From positions 1 to 57,815 of the forward strand of contig JBBIII010000003.1 in the NCBI GenBank assembly GCA_037446575.1: 57,815 bases of DNA, written 5' to 3'. The notes beneath the pieces were generated by a model, which searched no databases, was not told where the DNA came from, and worked only from the letters and a program-made list of their open reading frames with translations. This stretch comes from Ignavibacteriales bacterium (GTDB lineage: Bacteria > Bacteroidota > Ignavibacteria > UBA10030). The position numbers and the translations under genes were made by a program. Positions within the stretch are counted from its first letter, which is position 1, and every line of letters begins with the position of its first letter. Below, piece after piece: positions 52,075-57,815 of this stretch.

Positions 52075-52692
52075 TCATTTCCTGATTAGTTTATCGAGAT
52101 GTTCGATACATATTTTTGACCAATTTTCAAAATTAGATATTTCTTTATACAATCCTTCCGGTTGCATAAATTTAGTTTCAACGACAGATTTTTCGCGAGG
52201 TCTAACTTTCGGTTGTTCAAGTTTGAAAGTATGCACTACCCCAAAATGAACTTTGCCGACATCATTTGAATCATCGTTAAGCAAAGCCGCTACTTTTTGC
52301 GCATAATTTGTTTCGATAATTACCTCTTCATTTATTTCTCGTTTCAATCCTTCTACATAGGTAGTTCCAAATAATGTCGGATCGGAAATAGAAATATGTC
52401 CGCCTACACCTATAGAAAAGTTTCCTTGCAATCTTTTTTCCGCCATTAGTTTTCCGCGTCTATACACAAATATATCGTTGCCGCAATATAATACAGCATA
52501 AGGAATCAATTGTTTATATTCAGGGTTCGTTTCTACTTCCCTTCGTTTCATAAACACATGGTTTTTGGGGTCTAAAATAATTTCGAGGTATTTTTCAATT
52601 TCAAAATTAATACCCTGAAACGTTCCTACTTTTTCTAATATTACTGTTGGGAATACCAATGTGTATTCTTCTAAATATTTTTCATCAGCCAT
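52075..52692 (-). CDS. Nudix-like predicted phosphoesterase (COG4112/YmaB-like, tentative)
   Basis: 205 aa. KQLIPYAVL...VYRRG....EKRLQGNFSIGVGGHI...EGLKREINEEV resembles a degenerate Nudix box. The assignment is from memory only. Confidence 0.55.
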   Translation of the reverse strand: MADEKYLEEYTLVFPTVILEKVGTFQGINFEIEKYLEIILDPKNHVFMKRREVETNPEYKQLIPYAVLYCGNDIFVYRRGKLMAEKRLQGNFSIGVGGHISISDPTLFGTTYVEGLKREINEEVIIETNYAQKVAALLNDDSNDVGKVHFGVVHTFKLEQPKVRPREKSVVETKFMQPEGLYKEISNFENWSKICIEHLDKLIRK

Positions 52693-52710
52693 AATTATTT
52701 CATTTTTTAA

Positions 52711-53487
52711 TTAATATTGATCTATTCTTCTTCCCAACACCAAATCATTCCATTGATTTATTTTTTTGTTAGAAGCCAAGCTCAAATCTATTTCCACAAC
52801 GCTAATTGATTCCTCAATTGCAGAGAGTCTTGTTAATATTTTTCCATTATGCGCTACTATTTCGCTGTTTCCAATAAATTCAAAATTAGAACCGCCTCTA
52901 TTTTCTGCGCCAACCCGATTAGCGGTTGCTGAAAATACTCTGTTTTCTAAGCATCGCGTAACCATTGCGTCTGGGCAATAAGGAAGAACCAGATTTGCAG
53001 GATGAGCAATTAATTGAACGCCTTTAAGTGCAAGTGAACGCGCGCTTTCTGGATATATCCAATCAAAACATATCATCATACCAACTTTTCCAAATGGCAA
53101 ATCAAAAACTGGAAAACCAAGATTGCCGGGTGAAAACAAAATGTTTTCCCTATCATACAAATGCACTTTTCTATATAGCCCAATTAAATTATTTGGACCA
53201 ATAAGCGCAGATGAATTAAATATCTTATCAGCTTTTTCCGGAAACCCATAAACAATATATGTGGAATTTTCTTTTGCCCATTTTTGAATTTCTTTATAAG
53301 TATAACCATCAATCGGTTCAGCCAATATTTTTAACTCTTCTTCATCAATAAAATTGTAACCAGTGGCAAACAATTCCGGCAGTATATAAATATCTGCTTT
53401 TACTGATTGCATAATCGATAATGCGCGTTTTATATTATTAACGACATCGCCAAAAATTGGATTTGTTTGAACAACTGCAATTTGCAT
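52711..53487 (-). CDS. Carbon-nitrogen hydrolase (nitrilase superfamily) protein
   Basis: 258 aa. Glu-Lys-Cys triad context: ILPELF, YRKVHLY and MMICFDWIYPE. Confidence 0.85.
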   Translation of the reverse strand: MQIAVVQTNPIFGDVVNNIKRALSIMQSVKADIYILPELFATGYNFIDEEELKILAEPIDGYTYKEIQKWAKENSTYIVYGFPEKADKIFNSSALIGPNNLIGLYRKVHLYDRENILFSPGNLGFPVFDLPFGKVGMMICFDWIYPESARSLALKGVQLIAHPANLVLPYCPDAMVTRCLENRVFSATANRVGAENRGGSNFEFIGNSEIVAHNGKILTRLSAIEESISVVEIDLSLASNKKINQWNDLVLGRRIDQY

Positions 53488-53489
53488 AT

Positions 53490-54890
53490 TTAACTTTCGT
53501 GCTTAACTTTAAATCCTTTCACCATCCAACCTTTTGCAAGCCACAAGCTAATTGGACTGATTATTGCGACCAATCCATAAATAAACCACATGAATTCCGT
53601 ATTCATCTGCTCAGGTGGAACTCCAGCAGGACAATACTGCATTAAAAACCAACCAGAATATAGACTTGTAATGACTTTAGTCAAAAACCATGGAAACTGT
53701 CCTATGCCCATATAAATTCCGGTCATATCTTTAGGCGCAATTTCTGCCACCCATTGGAGAAATCGGGGCTGCCACATTGCTTCGCCAATCGTCATTATGA
53801 TCAAATACGCAAATACTGTGTATATATTTGGGCCTAAAGCCAAAATAAATGTAGGCAACGCCATTACGAATGTGCCTAAAATCATCATTTTATAAGTATC
53901 TGATTTTACTGTAAGTGCGGCAACCATTGGCGCTAAAATGAATATGAGTATCGGATTGATATTTACAAAGAATTCAAAATTATGCTGCACTACTCCTGTA
54001 AACGCTCTACTAAAGTATAAAGGAAGCGTAAGCCAATTATGCGCAAATAATGTTTGTACAGGTATTAGTATGAAAATAAAAAAGATAAATCGAGTATCTT
54101 TAATTGGAAAATTTTTTATGTAATATTTTATTTGTTCGATAGTGGATTTTTTTCCTTCTTGATTTTCTTTACGCTTGTTTATCCATCCAGATTCTTTCAT
54201 AGCAATATCTACTGCTCTATTTGTCAGTATAAATGCAATCACTATAATGCCGACGATTGTTAATGCTACAAATACCCAGTAGACACCAATTATTCCATAC
54301 GCATGTCTTACAGGAGGAGAAATTAAACCAGGTAAAAATCCGCCTAAATTCATTAGCGCATACAGCATAGCATAACCCATAGCCGCTGTTTTTTCAGTTG
54401 TAAAATATTTGACTGCGGTATAACATGCTGGTTGGTATATTCCATACCCTATTATAATTCCTAAAATTCCGAGCATTGCAACAATGTGCGAAGATGACCA
54501 AAGACCCATGGTTCCAAAAAAAGTTGGAGACAGAGATAAAAGAATTCTGCCAAATAGCATAAATATTAAAGATATTAACAGCGCTCTACGCACTCCAATT
54601 ATATCTACTGTAGCGCCGAGAAAAAGCATGCTTAATGTAATACCAGCAGTCAGAAATCCTACCATTTGACCGGCGTTAATATCGTCCAATCCAATAAAAT
54701 TATTGAAATAGATAGCAAGTAATCCAACAACTCCGAAGTATGTTAGCCCTTCAAGCACATAAGAAATATTTATACCCCAAAGAGCTCGTGAAACTTTGAA
54801 TAGGTCTTTGAAAGGTTGTGTTATCTCCTTATATGTTTTTTGCAGTACATTATCATCTTTTAATTTTTCGTCACAATTTATTTCAACCAT
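53490..54890 (-). CDS. MFS transporter, POT/PTR2-like
   Basis: 466 aa, about 12 TM segments. YVLEGLTYFGVVGLLAIYF resembles the POT ExxERFxYYG region. A 2-nt gap separates it from the C-N hydrolase gene. Confidence 0.75.
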   Translation of the reverse strand: MVEINCDEKLKDDNVLQKTYKEITQPFKDLFKVSRALWGINISYVLEGLTYFGVVGLLAIYFNNFIGLDDINAGQMVGFLTAGITLSMLFLGATVDIIGVRRALLISLIFMLFGRILLSLSPTFFGTMGLWSSSHIVAMLGILGIIIGYGIYQPACYTAVKYFTTEKTAAMGYAMLYALMNLGGFLPGLISPPVRHAYGIIGVYWVFVALTIVGIIVIAFILTNRAVDIAMKESGWINKRKENQEGKKSTIEQIKYYIKNFPIKDTRFIFFIFILIPVQTLFAHNWLTLPLYFSRAFTGVVQHNFEFFVNINPILIFILAPMVAALTVKSDTYKMMILGTFVMALPTFILALGPNIYTVFAYLIIMTIGEAMWQPRFLQWVAEIAPKDMTGIYMGIGQFPWFLTKVITSLYSGWFLMQYCPAGVPPEQMNTEFMWFIYGLVAIISPISLWLAKGWMVKGFKVKHES

Positions 54891-54923
54891 AAATCCTCAA
54901 TATTATTTTAGATGTACTATATT

Positions 54924-57128
54924 TTAAAATCCAACTCTTTTTAAGAATATTACAGCCAACGGCGGAAGAACAAGATTCAATGAATAAGACCTGCCATGTT
55001 GTGAGAATGGTTCTGTTTTGATTTCACCGGCATTTCCGACATTGCTCCCTAAATAATAGGAAGAATCACTATTAAGAATTTCTTCGTAGGTTCCCTCATC
55101 CGGCACGCCAACCCTATAGCCGAACCGCGGTATAGGCGTATAATTACAAACAACTATTATCTTATCTTTTCCATCATACGATTTGCGTATAAACGAGATA
55201 ATACTGTTACCTTTATCATGAAAATCTATCCATTCAAAACCTGAGTAATGAAAATCTACTTGATGTAAAGCGCTCTCTTTTTTATAAATATTATTTAAAT
55301 CTTTGATCCATCGTTGCATTCCAGAATGAGGCGAAAATTGGCAAAGATGCCAATCTAAAGATTTTTCATGGTTCCATTCATCACGCTGACCGAATTCTCC
55401 CCCCATAAAAATGAGTTTCTTACCGGGAAAGCCATACATGAATCCGAAAAGCAACCGAAGATTTGCAAATTTTTGCCAATCATCTCCAGGCATTTTATGC
55501 AATAAAGATGCTTTTCCATGAACAACCTCATCATGAGATAACGGTAGCATAAATCTTTCCGAAAATGCATAAAGCAAGGCAAATGTAAGATTGTTGTGAT
55601 GATACTTGCGGTGAACTGGGTCTTTAGAAAAGTATTGAAGCATATCGTGCATCCAACCCATATTCCATTTAAGACTAAAGCCAAGTCCGCCATATTCAAT
55701 GCCTGTAGTAACGCCAGGCCATGCAGTAGACTCTTCCGCTATTATTAAAGCGCCGGGATAATATTTTTGAACAAGTTTCGCAACATCTTTTAGAAAATCT
55801 ATTGCTTCTATATTTTCTCTACCACCGTATTGATTTGGTATCCATTCTCCTTCTTTTCTTGAGTAATCCAAATATAATATAGAGGCAACTGCATCGATTC
55901 TAAGTCCATCTACATGATATTTTTCGATCCAATAAAGTGCATTGCTAATAAGAAAATTACGAACTTCTTTTCTTCCATAATTGAAAATAAATGTTCCCCA
56001 ATCCTGATGTTCACCTTTTCTCGGATCTGCATGTTCATATAAGTGTGTACCGTCATATTCACCAAGAGCAAATTGATCTTTTGGAAAGTGGGCAGGCACC
56101 CAATCGAGTATAACTCCTATATCATTCTGATGGCAATAATCTACAAAGTACATAAAGTCTTCCGGTGTTCCGTATCTACTTGTCGGCGCAAAATAACCTG
56201 TAACCTGATAGCCCCACGAACCATCAAATGGATGTTCCATTATTGGCATAAGCTCAACATGTGTAAATCCAATTTCTTTTACATACTTCACAATTCGTTC
56301 TGCAGATTCACGATATGTGAGCCAACGATTATTTTCTTCAGGAACCCTTGCCCACGATCCTAAATGAACTTCATAAATTGAAATCGGCTCGCCAAGATGA
56401 TCTGAGTTTTTTCGTTTTTCTAACCACGATTGATCATCCCATTTGTAGTTTTGAAGAAAGTTCACTTTAGAAGCTGTACGAGGTCGTAGTTCCATTTCCG
56501 AAGCATACGGATCAGTCTTTTCTAAAATATAGCCCGATTGTGTTTTGATTTGAAATTTATATAGCTCACCTTCGTTAAGTTCTGGAATAAATATTTCCCA
56601 AATTCCAGATGCACCAAGGACGCGCATTGCATGCCTGCACCGGTCCCAATTATTAAAATTTCCAATTACACTTACACTCCTCGCATTTGGCGCCCATACC
56701 GCAAATTGAACACCATTTATTCCATTTATTTTTATGGAATGAGCTCCTAATTTCTCATAAATTTTATGATGATCACCTGAATTAAATAGATATAAATCAA
56801 ATTCTGTCAATGTTGGCAAGAATGAATATGAGTCATAATATATCTCTTCACCGCCATCTTTTCTTTTTACTTTTAACATATATGGAATAATTTCAGTTTG
56901 ATCATCTAATATCCCCTCAAAAAAACCGTCCTCTATCAATTTCGACATCTTATATTCTTTATTACTTATTAAAATGGAGATATTCTCTGCGTCAGGTCTA
57001 AATGCACGGACTGCCACTAAACGAGTGTCTTTATGATGTATGATATGCGCGCCTAAAACAGAAAACGGATCGTGATGTTCAGTATATATAATTCGATATA
57101 TATCATCTTTTTGAACAGTTGACTTCAT
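54924..57128 (-). CDS. glgB: 1,4-alpha-glucan branching enzyme
   Basis: 734 aa. [12 protein letters not shown]13 motifs [26 protein letters not shown] and [10 protein letters not shown]. Confidence 0.95.
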   Translation of the reverse strand: MKSTVQKDDIYRIIYTEHHDPFSVLGAHIIHHKDTRLVAVRAFRPDAENISILISNKEYKMSKLIEDGFFEGILDDQTEIIPYMLKVKRKDGGEEIYYDSYSFLPTLTEFDLYLFNSGDHHKIYEKLGAHSIKINGINGVQFAVWAPNARSVSVIGNFNNWDRCRHAMRVLGASGIWEIFIPELNEGELYKFQIKTQSGYILEKTDPYASEMELRPRTASKVNFLQNYKWDDQSWLEKRKNSDHLGEPISIYEVHLGSWARVPEENNRWLTYRESAERIVKYVKEIGFTHVELMPIMEHPFDGSWGYQVTGYFAPTSRYGTPEDFMYFVDYCHQNDIGVILDWVPAHFPKDQFALGEYDGTHLYEHADPRKGEHQDWGTFIFNYGRKEVRNFLISNALYWIEKYHVDGLRIDAVASILYLDYSRKEGEWIPNQYGGRENIEAIDFLKDVAKLVQKYYPGALIIAEESTAWPGVTTGIEYGGLGFSLKWNMGWMHDMLQYFSKDPVHRKYHHNNLTFALLYAFSERFMLPLSHDEVVHGKASLLHKMPGDDWQKFANLRLLFGFMYGFPGKKLIFMGGEFGQRDEWNHEKSLDWHLCQFSPHSGMQRWIKDLNNIYKKESALHQVDFHYSGFEWIDFHDKGNSIISFIRKSYDGKDKIIVVCNYTPIPRFGYRVGVPDEGTYEEILNSDSSYYLGSNVGNAGEIKTEPFSQHGRSYSLNLVLPPLAVIFLKRVGF

Positions 57129-57726
57129 TACATTTTTTCCTATTCGGAGACAGTTCTATATATAACTCATTCTGTTTGATGTACTCTTCAACAGCTTTTT
57201 TAACATGTTTAGAAATTAACATTCCTTTTCTAATTCGGTTACGTATTTCTGTGGATGAAATATTATGTTGTTCACCTTTTATTAGAACATAATCAATAGC
57301 AATTTTTTTTCCGAAATGACAATAACCTTTGCGTTTATAAACTGCAATTTTTGATAGCTGTAGAATAGTCTCTGGCGATTTCCAAGATTTAAACTGAGCT
57401 AAATTGTCCATTCCAATAAGTAAAAATAAATCCGATTCAGGGAAACGTTTCTTAAATAATTTTAACGTGTCCACCGTGTAAGAGACACCTCGTCTTTTGA
57501 TTTCAATATCTGACACATAAAAATTTTTTATTCCTTTTATTGAAAGCTTAAGCATTTTTAACCGATGGTATGCTAAGGTTGATGAATTGCCTAACTTGTG
57601 AGGAGGTAAGTAAGCTGGAATAAAATAAATTTGATTTAGCTTTAATTGGTTCATTGCCTTCCTCGCAATTGCAATATGCCCTTTATGCGGAGGATCAAAT
57701 GAACCGCCAAAAATACCAATACGCAT
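57103..57726 (-). CDS. nadD: Nicotinate-nucleotide adenylyltransferase
   Basis: 207 aa. [14 protein letters not shown] and ISSTEIR. The C-terminal tail overlaps the glgB start by 26 nt. Confidence 0.9.
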   Translation of the reverse strand: MRIGIFGGSFDPPHKGHIAIARKAMNQLKLNQIYFIPAYLPPHKLGNSSTLAYHRLKMLKLSIKGIKNFYVSDIEIKRRGVSYTVDTLKLFKKRFPESDLFLLIGMDNLAQFKSWKSPETILQLSKIAVYKRKGYCHFGKKIAIDYVLIKGEQHNISSTEIRNRIRKGMLISKHVKKAVEEYIKQNELYIELSPNRKKCNEVNCSKR

Positions 57727-57815
57727 TCTATAACCTTTTATACAAGTATCGACTTTATATATTAAGTGGGTAAAATATAGGTAAAAAAATGATTAAAATG
57801 ATGAACATTTTAAAT

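Noticed and set aside
57789-57815. Possible start of a + strand gene (ATG ATT AAA ATG ATG AAC...) at the right edge
   Set aside because: Only 9 codons are visible, so it cannot be evaluated.

Overview
This is a visibly AT-rich bacterial chromosomal window made up almost entirely of core housekeeping genes. Gene content and order (BshC, LolCDE plus Lnt, a DUF3098-like protein, a stand-alone PASTA protein, and rimP-nusA-infB-rbfA-truB-ribF-rpsO-pnp) suggest an FCB-group organism such as an Ignavibacteria or Bacteroidota relative. That placement is inference, not a search result. I call 57 protein-coding genes, three tRNAs (Leu-GAG, Lys-UUU, Arg-CCU), one one-piece tmRNA, a few rho-independent terminators and a few sigma70-like promoters. 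From about 23.3 kb to the right edge every gene is on the minus strand, and many junctions overlap by 1-4 nt. I saw no CRISPR array, transposase, integrase, phage gene or recognisable defence system, so I cannot point to a clear-cut new system. The observations most worth follow-up are listed here.
- The prfB +1 frameshift site uses UAA instead of the canonical UGA.
- A tyrosine-phenol-lyase-like gene and a tryptophanase-like gene converge on three small uncharacterised genes. The tryptophanase is tightly coupled to a BCP-like peroxiredoxin fold whose peroxidatic Cys is replaced by His.
- A rhomboid, a YtoQ/NDT-like protein and an insert-bearing LOG form a cluster next to ssrA, and a second LOG paralog lies elsewhere in the window.
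- The thioredoxin has a WCMPC active site.
- ispF, DedA, PAP2 and lnt form an envelope-lipid block.
- A Nudix-like protein, a C-N hydrolase and a POT-like MFS transporter form a tight trio.
All family assignments come from motif recognition in the supplied translations, not from database searches.
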